Origin: Eledone cirrhosa
Taxonomy: Eukaryota
Length of the DNA: 64,000 bases
Assembly (NCBI GenBank): GCA_964016885.1
Contig: OZ024748.1
Span: 10,168,001-10,232,000, forward strand
Reading direction: 5' to 3'
Position numbers and translations under genes: made by a program. Shown here piece by piece: positions 43,534 to 63,680 of this stretch; the first letter of the stretch is position 1, and each line of letters opens with the position of its first letter. The notes beneath the pieces are model-generated. The model was not told where the DNA came from and searched no databases. It saw nothing but the letters and a program-made list of their open reading frames with translations.

Positions 43534-43756
43534 TGTGGCTAATAAATGAAACAAAACAAAACAAAACACAGGAAGCAAAATTACACCAGCTCTTTTGTGG
43601 ATATCATTTAATTTCTTCTGTCGATCAAGAATATTTGTTACGTAATAATGTTGTATTTTTCTGCAGTGCACAGGAGGCACGTCCTGTAACCGTTTAAATA
43701 TCCATCCATCCATCGAATCATACACCCATCCATACATACACACACAGACACACACA

Positions 43757-43794
<38 letters not shown>

Positions 43795-43803
43795 CACACA
43801 CAC

Positions 43804-43850
<47 letters not shown>

Positions 43851-44906
43851 AACACATAAACATACATATATACATACATACATCTACATACATATACATA
43901 TATATAGACAAACAGAAGGCCGGACTGGAAGATATGCTGTAAGATTTTAATTCCGTGAAATAAATATACATATTTCTTTCTTTCTCTTCTACCAGTTGTC
44001 CTGCAAGGATAGCAGCAACGCTTTTGGTCGTAAACGCCGAGATGTAACTAGAGTTACTGGAATGGAAATTACTGATGGAAAGGAACAGAAAACACTTTCC
44101 AAGACTCTCTACGTCAGAGAGTTGAGTATCCAGAATATGTCAAGTGAGTTAACTCCTCCTAGATTTTCCTTTATTTTCAAGTAGTCGTTCGTTTTTTTTG
44201 TTTTTTTTTTTAGGGAGAGGTGGGCAAATATATGACTGAAGACGGCGAATTTGCAAAATCGTTAGAACATGGAATAGAGTTGATAACCCGCCGAGGTCAA
44301 CTTTGCTTTTCATCCTGTCAAGGTCAATAAAATACCAGTCCTGTGATGGGGTTAATTCTTCCTCGATCTCTCTCTCTTTCTCTCATATATATATATATAT
44401 ATTTGTATGTGTGTGTGTGTTTAAGAATACAAAACTTTTCCGTCACCCATTCATTGCTGTGGATTGGCGGTGTCAGTAGAGGGTCAGACGCCATCCTTTG
44501 CAGCATGGAATGACTTCAAATCCCGCTGAGGTTAGCTTTGCCTTTCATCCTTATGGGGTTGATAAAATAAAGTACCAGTAATGCACTGGGGTCTATTTAA
44601 ACGACTTTCCCCTCCCCCAAAATTGCTGGCCTTGTGCCTAAATCAGAAACCATTATTATTGCTGCTTATTTATTTTGGTCTATATTTCCCCTTTCAGCAA
44701 TGACTCCACCGGAAGACTGTCTTGCCAAAAACGAGTTCATCACCATGATTACATGTCTAGGAGCTGTGGTATTAGTTCTTCTTATTCTCTGCGGAGTACT
44801 CATCTATTTGGTGCGGCGCAAGCGTGCTGAAAAGGATTACAATGGTGAAGGAACTCAGAAGTCTATGGGGATTGTTGACTTCAAGATTCCTCGTGTAACA
44901 AACTAA
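31272..44906 (+). CDS. EGF-like x2 + zona pellucida (ZP) domain type I membrane protein (molluscan EGF-ZP / shell-matrix EGF-like family); exons 31272-31400, 37807-37938, 38787-38992, 39675-39823, 40382-40524, 41991-42072, 43257-43428, 43996-44143, 44698-44906
   Basis: EGF1 [25 protein letters not shown]; EGF2 [25 protein letters not shown]; [13 protein letters not shown]; [38 protein letters not shown]; furin site RKRR; [24 protein letters not shown]; tail ends FKIPRVTN*. All junctions are GT-AG and phase-consistent; 473 aa with the 21190 exon. Confidence 0.9.
32102..32138 (-). ncRNA. Minimal hammerhead motif, stem I eroded
   Basis: CTGATGA-GGATGTAC tgtt GTACCTCC-GAAA-TATG-TA on the minus strand. 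Confidence 0.6.
32921..32964 (-). ncRNA. Degenerate minimal hammerhead motif
   Basis: (A)TGAAGA-AGCC tacaactttt GGCT-GAAA-CCGG-TA; palindromic stem III ACCGGT; core C3 altered. Confidence 0.5.
33110..33660. repeat. Minisatellite, ~50-bp unit atatcacatggctttagatggcatagcttaacat.tatatccaatat, with alternating subtypes
   Basis: About 10 diverged tandem copies. Confidence 0.9.
35905..36910. repeat. Minisatellite, 30-bp unit tcactcgctcattcactcacactcacacac, decaying into (CACT)n
   Basis: Near-perfect 30-nt periodicity to ~36270; it explains the 381-aa [13 protein letters not shown]. Confidence 0.95.
38040..38625 (-). mobile_element. Two abutting RTE-clade LINE C-terminal fragments
   Basis: [28 protein letters not shown] and [25 protein letters not shown]. 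Confidence 0.75.
41245..41390 (-). mobile_element. Penelope-like tail with an inactivated hammerhead (CTGATCA, G8 to C)
   Basis: Reverse-complement homologue of 19752-19872 and 60006-60132. Confidence 0.7.
41473..41930. mobile_element. Fold-back element with ~135-155 bp inverted arms (41473-41629 / 41794-41930) in (TA)n
   Basis: atattgttatactttgggagagtcatgttgccaataag..ccagatagttgtttatata and its reverse complement. Confidence 0.9.
41632..41674 (-). ncRNA. Type I minimal hammerhead ribozyme, intact core
   Basis: GTCA-CTGAAGA-G-GTCAC agagtgt GTGAC-GAAA-GAAC-TA^TGAC. Confidence 0.8.
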
Positions 44907-44945
44907 CTTTTGTGTTGGATCATTATATATATATATAATATACAT

Positions 44946-44999
<54 letters not shown>

Positions 45000-45043
45000 T
45001 ATAATATACATGGTATATATATATATATATATATAATATACAT

Positions 45044-45081
<38 letters not shown>

Positions 45082-46479
45082 TATAATATACATGATATAT
45101 ATATATATATAATATACATGATATATATATATATATATATAATATACATGATATATATATATAATATACATGATATATATATATAATATACATGATATAT
45201 ATATATAATATACATGGTATATATATAAAATATACATGGTATATATATATATATATAATATACATGATATATATATATGTAATATACATGATATATATAA
45301 ATATACATATATATAAAATATACACGATATATACATATATATTAAAATGTATATGATATATATATACACCCATATATATATAAAATATACATGATATACA
45401 TATATATATCTATACATCCTCCATTATAACCATTTTTTCTTCCCAAACTCTGAATTCCATCTTATTTTTTATATTTTCTTTTATATTTTAGTTTTTTAAA
45501 CCCTTTTTTCTGCTTTATATTCTCCTTCTTGCTATTCACATATTTTGAAACAATTATTTTACAAGCACCAACATATTAATTGCAGTATCGGTAGAGCATC
45601 AGACACCATGCTCTGCAGCATAGAGTTATGGCCCTTTACGGTCTGAATTCAAATCCCATCGAGGTTAACTTTGCCTTTCATCCTTACAGGGTCGATAAAA
45701 TAAAGTACCAGTAATGCACTGGGCTAATTGCTGGCCTTGTGCCAAAAGTAGAAACAATTATTATTATCTCATTTTTTTTGTTTAATATAGTTTTAAATAT
45801 ATTTCAGGTTACAGTGTCATAGTCTAAGTGTGTGTGGTAAATAATCTAGATGTCTCAAGGCACTTTTTCAATTTGCAGAGTTATACGTTAAAAACGATAG
45901 ACATTTCAAACATATGTCAGTGTATTTATTTACACTCCATATACACAGCTTTGGTTAAAAGAGAAATAAATACATCTTAAAGAAGATGTTTCATGTTGAT
46001 TCACCTTTGGTGTACATATAGCCTTAGTCAGAAGTAGTTGATATATTTCAACCAAATGTTATCCAACAGCCATTGAATGTTTCCACTCTCCTGTCGGTAA
46101 GTCAGCAATGGTGGTTAAACTCAACATATATCTTCTGGCTTTCAGTTTAACTGTACTCTCATGCTACATAGTCAACAACAGGTTCCATCTGTTGCATCCT
46201 CCATCTTGCGAGCTACTCTTTCTCCTCTCTCTCTCTCCATTTGTCATTTCACTACCCTTGTGATACAAGCTCAGACGGTGAGAGAAAATGCTTTCCTGGT
46301 ATACAGAACCCCAAGCACAATCTGCATTGTGATCCCAGCGGACAGAATGGATAGAGCATTACCCCGGAGGTTAACAAGAGAGATGTGTTAAAATAACCAT
46401 TCCAACTCGTGGGGCTCACTTCAGAATGTGGCCAACTCCACTTCAATAGCAGTGAGTAGAAAGACAATACAGGGTCTCA

Positions 46480-46725
46480 GAACACTGGAAGTCTCCACCA
46501 CTACAGGTCCAACAATGCCGGGAGTCTCCACTGCTATAGGTTCAACAACACCGGAAGTCTCCATCACTACAAGGTCACAGAACACCGGAAGTCTCTATAA
46601 CTACAGGCCAGGTCCAACAATGTTGGAAGTCTCCACCACTACAGAGTCTCAGAACACTGGAAGTCTCCACTGCTACAGGTAAGGTCCAACAATGCTGGAA
46701 GTTTCCACCATTACACATTCAACAA
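46480..46725. repeat. Minisatellite, ~32-38 bp unit ggaagtctccaccactacaggtccaacaatgc
   Basis: About 7 diverged tandem copies between the convergent 3' ends of EGF-ZP and FBP. Confidence 0.85.
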
Positions 46726-48139
46726 CAAACCTATAGGAAAGTGACCGATAATTCAACAGCTTGCAATATTTGACTTGTCAAGCAATGAAACCTGGGTCTG
46801 TCACCAAAGCCTTCTCCTTACCGACTGAACAGAGAATCCACTTTTGTACACATTTATCAAATATCTTAACTATTTAGTGCACAATTTAATATATACTTGA
46901 CAACAGCCAACCATAATAGCAGCTTTATTTTGCGAGATTGAGAAAAACTTTATTTTTTTAATATTGTTTTTGCTTTTTTCATTCTTGTAAATTTACATTT
47001 ACAAAAACCCACTTAATAATAATATTAGGCAACCCAAAAGGCTTAGAGAATTAAACAAACATAATTGTGAGGATTGTTACAAATTAATATAAAATGGCCA
47101 GTATTTGATGTCACGACAATGCTACAAAATAAAGATTAAAGAAAACACTGCCTAAATAAGGTAAAGTAAATAAGTGTTTCTTTTTTTCCTTAATTCTCTT
47201 AAATTTAATCCAGGAATGGTAAGAATATATAAAAAAAACTACACTAAAACTAATGGGGAACATTATCTCAGATTTCTAAACATTACAAGTTTCACAATAG
47301 AATTACAATAAATACAGTATTTTTGACAGCGAAATCTTTGTAAATATTTTATCTAAAAATAAGAATTAAAAAATAATTGTTAAAAAAAAAAAATTGAATT
47401 TTGTTGGTTTGTATTTTTTCCTACTTTTATTTTAATTTTTGTATTAGTGTTCAAATTTCAGATCTATTTCTAGTTAACTTTTTGATACTCCCTGTATTAA
47501 ATATGTTAGTACTTCCTGGATTTGCAACAGGTAAAACCAATGGAAACATTGTTTCCCTAGTCCAATTTGACAAGCTCCACCCCTCTCATTAAGTGAATGA
47601 GATCTCGGATCTTGTCGCTCGATTATACTAACTTATTTGTCTATTTATTTGTTTAATTACATAATTATCATAGTTATTTCTAGTTCTCTTCTTCGCCCAC
47701 TTATTCTTAAGAGGGTCATGGGGTCAGAGTCCCCTCAGATAGGCCATCTAGAGGGTCCTATCAGAATGATGTTGGTGATGGTGATGATGATAATGGTGAT
47801 GATGGTGATGATGGCGACGGTGGTGGTGATGGTGGTGTTGATGATGATGGTGGTGGTGATGATGGTAGTGGTGGTGATGGTGGTGATGGTGATGATGTTG
47901 GTGGTGATGGTGTTGATGGTGATGATGGTGATGATGATGGTGGTGGTGAATAAAAGACACTTTGAAAATCTTCAAAACAAAAATATATTTATTGCATTAA
48001 CATTGTTTAGCCATAGACATTGGACAATTAATTCCCCTTAATTTATTCTTAAACAAACAAACTATAGAGCAATCAAGATATAGAATAATACAGCAAAAGA
48101 GTCTCTCTTTTCTTTCTCTGGATCTTCCTCGGCTTCTTT

Positions 48140-56393
<8,254 letters not shown>

Positions 56394-56945
56394 GGTGCTT
56401 GGACTGAGAGACGCAGGTGAAGGTGTGTGTATATATATATATAGAGAGAGAGAGAGATGTGTTGGTGCGTCTTTAAGTGGGCGCAAAAAGGAGGGGGAGA
56501 AGACAAAGGGAAGAAAGAGTGAGAGGAATGTCGTCGTCGGAGAGAGGGTGTGTGTGAACAGGTGAGGTGATGATGTAATGAATGAGAGGGTAGATAGATA
56601 GATGAGAGGGAGGATGGAAAGTTGATAGACAGAAAGAAACAATGAGGATGCCGAGTGAGACATACGAGAAAAAGAGGAGAGAGAGAAGAGAGAAAGAGAG
56701 TGAGAACAGAGAGAGAGAAGAGAGATGTAGCAGAGAGGGAGGAAGGTAATGACAGCAGAGTTGAGAGAGAGAGGGAGAGAGAAAGAGAGAGAGAGACAAA
56801 CGAGGAAAGAAAAAATGTAAAGTGCATTGTAAAGATAAAAATAAAAAAAGGATGGAGTGACAACTGAATTGTATGTGATAATGGAGGAGGGCGGTGGGAG
56901 GAGAGTTGTTTTGTTTGTATTGAGAGAAGTTTAAAGTGGGTTTAA

Positions 56946-57019
56946 CGACCTTCACCTGGAAATAAACATTCACTGAATGACCTTCACCTAGACTTACAGT
57001 CCGTAAATGACCTTCACCT
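56946..57019 (-). promoter_or_regulatory. Three clustered AGGTGAAGGTCR motifs (nuclear-receptor DR0 / ERRE-like TNAAGGTCA) upstream of FBP
   Basis: (c/t)gaccttcacct at 56946, 56978 and 57008; a fourth at 60520. Function is inferred only. Confidence 0.45.
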
Positions 57020-57344
57020 CTGCTGACAGTCGCCGAACAAACAGTCGGATTCTTTCTGTAAATACATATTTCTATATATATATATAATTATATAGAACAC
57101 ACACATAATGTATGTATGTGTGTGCGTGTATAATATATGTGTGTATAAATACCATTCATAAGAAAGACCACAAGACTTAACTATATATAAGTATGGACGA
57201 GGTGTCAAATTTTCATTAGGTTTATTGAGGTGTGACGCGCGCTTCGCGATTGATCAGCTCAAGGTTCGATTTCTATCGATCGGGCCTAACTTTATATATA
57301 TATAAATAAATATACACGGGTGTGTATGATTGTGTATAGAAGAT

Positions 57345-57734
57345 TATATTAATAAAAGGAATTCCAACTTTGTCTGATTTACTCGTTTTATTTGCAATCC
57401 TTTAACATTTATAATGGTATTAGAATGAAATAATATGGTAGAATATTAAATGTTAAGTGTTAATTGAACAAGTACTTTCATGCTTTCGCAATCTTCAGGT
57501 TCATATTCTGTGGTGACAGTAAAGTTTGCAATTTTCACAGTTGAAAATTGCAAACTTTACTGTCACCACAGAATATGAACCTGAAGATTGCGAAAGCATG
57601 AAAGTACTTGTTCAATTAACACTTAACATTTAATATTCTACCATATTATTTCATTCTAATACCATTATAAATGTTAAAGGATTGCAAATAAAACGAGTAA
57701 ATCAGACAAAGTTGGAATTCCTTTTATCAATATA
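57345..57734. repeat. Near-perfect palindrome: 193-bp arms, 4-nt loop (57538-57541), one mismatch
   Basis: 57345-57537 is the reverse complement of 57542-57734, checked along its length by eye. Confidence 0.97.
57576..57614 (+). ncRNA. Type I minimal hammerhead ribozyme, intact core (identical mirror at 57465-57503, -)
   Basis: TGAAC-CTGAAGA-T-TGC gaaa GCA-T-GAAA-GTAC-TT^GTTCA; GNRA-capped stem II, palindromic AGTACT stem III. Confidence 0.85.
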
Positions 57735-59753
57735 TGTATATATATCCGTATGTGGTTGATCTCGACAGGATTTGCACTCAGAGAGCAGGAATGACTATCC
57801 CAAACCATTGTATCTGACGTTCTAACGACTCTAGCAAATCACAGTCTCTCCTACCGGGTTATTATAATAAACGATATTACGTGAACGAGATCAACAACCG
57901 AAACGAACTAAATAACTCTTTCTTTATATTAAACGGCACAAACCACCCGGATACGTCCCTCCCAACTACTTCATTGTTGTGTTTTATTTCCTGCTTCATT
58001 GTGAATAAAAATAGGATTACCTCTAAATATTTCACCAACACTCCCTGTTGGTCCTTCGTCGGCGCCATTTTTTTTATTTACTGTACGTACTCGTGTAAAG
58101 ACGGCGATGGAGACTTCTGGTATCCTTGGCCCTAGGGCTACCTCCGGGGAAACGCCTTCTCCAACCTGTCCGCCGGGGCCATGGGGAGGCCAGCACGTAA
58201 GATCCCATTTACTCATCATACGGATTAATAGGCAAAGTTATAAACTATTGTAAATAAATATTTATATATAAAAAAAAAAAAAATAGCAGAGTCGTTAGAA
58301 CTGTCAAATGCTTTGTGAGATTCTCTAGGTTTAAATATCGTCGAGGTCAACTTTGCCTTTCATTCTTTCGATGTCGACAAAAAAAGTACCAGCCTAGTAC
58401 TGAGGTCGATGTTTCCTCTCTCTGGAAGAAATCTGCTGTACTCAGGCCTGGAGAAGGATGAGCTTCGGCAGGCTTAAAAAATGCCCAAGAAACGCCGTAT
58501 GTCAATACAGTGCCCCTACGATTCAATCAGGAGTTACGGGACCAAACATACATACTCGTGTAAAGGCGGTGAGTTAGCAGTCTTTAGAGCATCGGATAAA
58601 ATACTTTGTGATATTCGTCCCGGCTCTCTGAGTTGAAACCTCGCAGAGGTCAACTTTGCCTTTCATCCTTTCGAGAAAAAAAAAATTTAAGTACCAGTCG
58701 ATTCTTCCTCTATATCCCTTTTTCACTCCCCCACCACACTCTCTTTCTCATTATCTATCTCTCTATAGAAGAAATCGACTGCGCATAAGTAGAATAAGCA
58801 ACCCCGGACAATTAAGGGAGATTGAGCAATGGGTGACACCGTTAACTCCTAAAAAATTCTCTCAACCGAGAAATGCAACCACGATGAGGCGAGATTTAAT
58901 TTTAATTATTTTAAATTTCAGGGCTGCTCCCTTGTCTATTTTTGCCAGAATATATCATTAAACCAACAATTATTTCTCCCCTCAATACAGACCTAATTTC
59001 AATTAATCAAAATGTCTTGGCTCCACATTACAGTCACTTAAAACTATAATAGGTGTGTTATGGTGAGATATGTTGCAGTAAAATACCTGATTAATTTATC
59101 ATTTATCTTTGTTTATCAGTTGATAAATCGTGAGAACGAATGGTTTGACACAGACATCGATAGCATGCTTATCTTAAACTAAAGTAGATACCAGACTACA
59201 ACATGAGCAGCGCGGCCTACTTTGAAGGTGCCTCTATGTAGTCATCGCTCAACCTGCTAGAAATAACAGCCTAATCTCCATCAGATCATAGACACACACA
59301 CACTACTACCTTAATTACGAATAAAAAAGGCAGGACAATGTTGCCCTATATACATACATGCAGGGTCCCATAACTCCCGAGGGAGTCGTAGGGATGTCAT
59401 TTTGATTGACATTCGGCGTTTCTAGGACATTTTAAAACCTGGCGGAGCCCATCTCCTTTCCAGGTCTGAATACAGTCGATTTCTTCCAGAGAAAGATAGA
59501 GGGACTGAGAGAATGGAAGAGAGAAATATATATAGAGAAAGAATCGACACCAGTATTTGACTGGTACTTTTTTATCGACCTAGAAAAGATGAAAAGCAAA
59601 GTTGGCCTCAGCGGGATTTGAACAGAGAGCAGATAGCCGGTACGAATGCGTCAAAGTATTCTATGTGACGTTCTAACAACTCTGCCAAGAAATATACATA
59701 CATATATTTAAAATGGAAAGTTAATTTGGCAAGAGTGTTTTTGTTTTCTACTG

Positions 59754-59815
<62 letters not shown>

Positions 59816-59818
59816 TGA

Positions 59819-59867
59819 GATTCTACAGGACTAGAACTGTTTCATTCTTTAGAAATCATCAGGAATC
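59819..59867 (-). ncRNA. Type I hammerhead ribozyme, intact core; inverted twin at 60006-60054 (+) followed by a Penelope-like tail to ~60132
   Basis: GATTC-CTGATGA-T-TTC taaa GAA-T-GAAA-CAG ttctagtc CTG-TA^GAATC; inverted repeat arms 59808-59867 / 60006-60065. Confidence 0.85.
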
Positions 59868-60794
59868 ATAAATTATAGCCTTAAAGAATTAGCTTTTAAT
59901 GAATTCCCTTTTCTTTCAACCAATGACCTCTACCCATCCCACTCCCCACCCTCTCCTACCACCTGAAAAGATATAAATACCCCAACATTTATTTTTGGAA
60001 AGCCAGATTCCTGATGATTTCTAAAGAATGAAACGGTTCTAGTCTTGTAGAATCTCATCTATATTAAAACTTTTATACTCTGCTATGTATTGAGTACCTT
60101 ACTTACTGTGGTTACCTCCGATTCAACCCGGAAATATATATATATATATAGAGAGAGAGAGAAAGAGGAGTCATTTAGGTAACGTTAAATAGGTTTCCGT
60201 CGTATTTTTTTTTCGACGATGAGTGTTCCAGTTTATCAACTGAACTGCCTGCTCGTGAAATTTATATATTAGTGGCTGAGCATTCCACATATATATGTAC
60301 CATTAACGAAATTCTTTGGGACATCCAACGTGACAACGAAATTTTCACTCACATGGCTTGGGTAGACTCGAGGTTATATATAGTAAACGACAATTACCCA
60401 AGGTTCCACACAGTGGAATCCAACCCGTGACCTTAATATTACAAAGTAATTTTCTTAACCAATCAGCCATGCTACATCCATTAATCTATATCGCTAAAAC
60501 AATGAGAGACGCTCAGGTTTGACCTTCACCTTCAAATTATACATTCGGCCGGTCGGTCGGTAAGCATTCTCATACACAATCACTCTCAGGTCTCGAATAA
60601 TGCCACCCCTATCCCCACTTATTGATTTTTCAGATCCCCCCTCCCCATCCCCCCATATAGAGAGGGGAGTGATAGTTTAGTTAATTTTTAGTTTATTTTA
60701 CAGCAATAAAAGCGGTTATTTGTAATACAAGTTTTGCCGACCAGCTATAAATATATATATAGCTGAAACGATCGCTAAAACAATCTCTATACCT

Positions 60795-60853
<59 letters not shown>

Positions 60854-61010
60854 GTTTCAGAAGATCCCGTTAAGGGTAAAAGCAGCGATTCTTTGCTTAA
60901 ACTTTAATCTGTTATTTTAACGGTTTTTATATATTTGATATATATTTATCCTTATCGAGTCCTCTTGGGATTTTAGTCTTCACATTTATTATTATTATTA
61001 TATATATATA

Positions 61011-61917
61011 CTAGCAGTAAAGCCCGGCGTTGCTCGGGGTCGCTCAGTAGCTGTGTTAAAGTTACAATGTTAAGTTTCTTTCTTGGCTTAAAAACTGTAG
61101 TGTCTACTGTGCAGACTTGCATGTGGTGTTTTTGATTAATATTCCCTCAACCAACAATATGCCTTATGAAGTTAAGAAAACATAACGATAACCCGAATGT
61201 TATAACAAAAGAGGATGCTGTGGATAGAAACTGCACTGGTTATTTATTAACAAAGATCGAAAATGTAAACACTGCAACGCAGAGAAAAACATTAGCGTAA
61301 CCAAATTATCAGTTATGTCTGTCTGCACGCCTATATCACCTCTCTGCACGACTGTCTGTCTGCACGCCTATATCACCTCTCTGCACGACTATCTGTCTGC
61401 ACGCCTATATCACCTCTCTGCACAACTATCTGTCTGCACGCCTATATCACCTCTCTGCACGACTGTCTGTCTGCACGCCTAACGACGAAATATTTGCTTG
61501 TTTTACGTAGTCTTTAAATAGACTTGTTTTCAAGTAAAAATATTGTTTTAAAATGCTTTTAAATGGAAATGAAGCAAAACGGAAGCTTAGTGTTCGAACT
61601 GATGAATTTTGCCGGTCAATATTTTGCTGGCTCGACAACTGTTAAAGCCAGCGTAATTTTTTACGTAAGACGCTCAATGTAAACAGAACAAAGGGAAATA
61701 ACTGATAACTTACGCTCAAAAATCGATACATTATATTCGATTTCGTCACATAGGGTGGGTCAATTTGACATTTTTTTTTTCCCGATGTCTTCGTTAGAGC
61801 TCAATGTACAAGTATAGCAATTTCGGTGCAATTCCGTGAGAGATTCTAAGAGGAGATGTGTGCCAAAAATCGATAGACAGACAGACAACCACAGTTTTAT
61901 ATATATATAAGATAAGA
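61011..61917 (-). mobile_element. Non-autonomous Helitron with an internal 37-bp minisatellite (61317-61480)
   Basis: Minus strand starts A|TC..tatatataaaa..(tgtc)n and ends with hairpin CCCGagcaacgcCGGG then CTAG|T: canonical TC...CTAG ends at an AT target. Confidence 0.8.
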
Positions 61918-63480
61918 TATAGGGCGGTGGATTGGCAGTATCGGTAGAGGGTCGGACGCCATGCTTCCCAGCATAGTTACGTCCCTTTACGATCTGAGTT
62001 CAAATCCCGCCGAGGTTGACTTTGCCTTTCATCCTTACGGGGTCGATAAAATAAAGTACCAGTAATGCACTGGATAATTGCTGGCCTTGTGCCTAAAGTA
62101 GAAACAATTATTATTATATATATATATATATATATATTCGACGGCTATTTCTGAAATAGCCGTCGAAACGACTTGAGCTCTGCTGTCGGGGTCATACTTT
62201 CTCCTATATATATATATATAGAGAGAGAGATATAAACTTGAATTACTGGTAGCTGTCTTCACCAATATAAAATGGTGTGTGTGGTGGGAGAACTAGAGTT
62301 TCATGTCAATGACCTGGGTTTGATTAAGAACGTTAGCACGAGACTTGTTCCTCGAGTCACTCTAACTTCTCGGCCAACAGTTATGTGCTTTTATGTGCGT
62401 GTGTGTGCGCGCGCTTGCATATGTCTGTGTGTGTGTGTGGTCGTGCTTGTGTGTGTGTGGTTAATTAAATGTTAAAAGATGAATGGAAAATACCTAGGAA
62501 TAGTTGTATTGTAAAACTAATGAAAACAACATATAAATATAACATGACATGATATGATAAAATATAAACACCATGTGATATGTCATGATATAATATAGTA
62601 TAATATAATATACAAATATAATATAATAGCGGTTTGGTTGGTGTTGGCCTTGTTTTGTAGGAGTTAAGAACTAGGACAATACGAGGCAATCAAGAAAGCT
62701 TCTACGTGGTCATTCAACATGCTAAAAAAAGCAGCAAAAATTTCCTTCAAATTCTTCCTAGAGCGAGTTAAAAACTTCGATTATCCATGCAATTAGTATG
62801 TGAAAGCTCGCCCAGAGATGTTTAAAATCTAAAAGTAACAGACAATGGGGGTTACTCCAATTTCTAGTAGATCGAGCAACCAGGTGTGTGTGTGTGTGTT
62901 TGTTGGATCTCCGTCGGTTCCAACAACGAGTGCTCCAGTTGATTCAATCACTGGAACAGCCTGATCACCAAATTGACGTGCAAGCGGCAGAACATTCCAG
63001 AACTACATATACCCTTAACGTAGATCTCAGAGAAAATGTGTGACTTACAATGTGATAAGGCTGGCCCCTTAAATTACAGGTACAACTCATGTATCGCAAT
63101 ATATTGAACTGAACTGGAGCAACATGATAAAATGTGTCTTACGCAAGGACACAACACCTCGCCGGAAATCGAACTCACGACCTTACGATCGTGAGACAAA
63201 CACTTTAACCACTAAATTAGCGACAAAGCAAGGGCTCGCTCGTTGACTCGATAAAACCTGTTTAGTCTCAGGTCGTATAATCATATGATCAAAGAGATTC
63301 CAGCCATGACCATCCTATCTTTTTTAAGGGACATCTGGGACTAATTTATAATTTGTTTGTTATTTTTCCTAAGGTTTAGTGAGAGGAGGAAGGGTTGTGC
63401 TCAAGGACCTCTTCAGGAATGACAAATAACATATAATTTGAATAAAATAGGGTCACTTTTTACTTGACACCCTGAACATG

Positions 63481-63680
63481 TGTTTATTTTACTTAATGGT
63501 TAATCTAGAACTACTACTAGTAGTAGTACCGCCACTACAACTACTACTACTAGCACTATAATAATAATGAAATTATTATTATTATTATTATAGTGCTAGT
63601 AATAGTAGTAGTAGTAGTTGTAGTGGTGGTACTACTAGTAGTAGTAGTTCTAGATTAACCATTAAGTAAAATAAATACAT
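63481..63680. repeat. Inverted repeat with ~40-bp unique arms enclosing (ACT)n/(AGT)n
   Basis: tttattttacttaatggttaatctagaactactacta / tagtagtagttctagattaaccattaagtaaaataaa. Confidence 0.85.

Noticed and set aside
47748-47975. Poly-His ORF
   Set aside because: (GAT/GGT)n microsatellite just downstream of the FBP stop.
58125-58240. HDV-like ribozyme in the GC-rich insert
   Set aside because: I could not build the nested double pseudoknot (P1.1/P3/J4-2 order does not fit).
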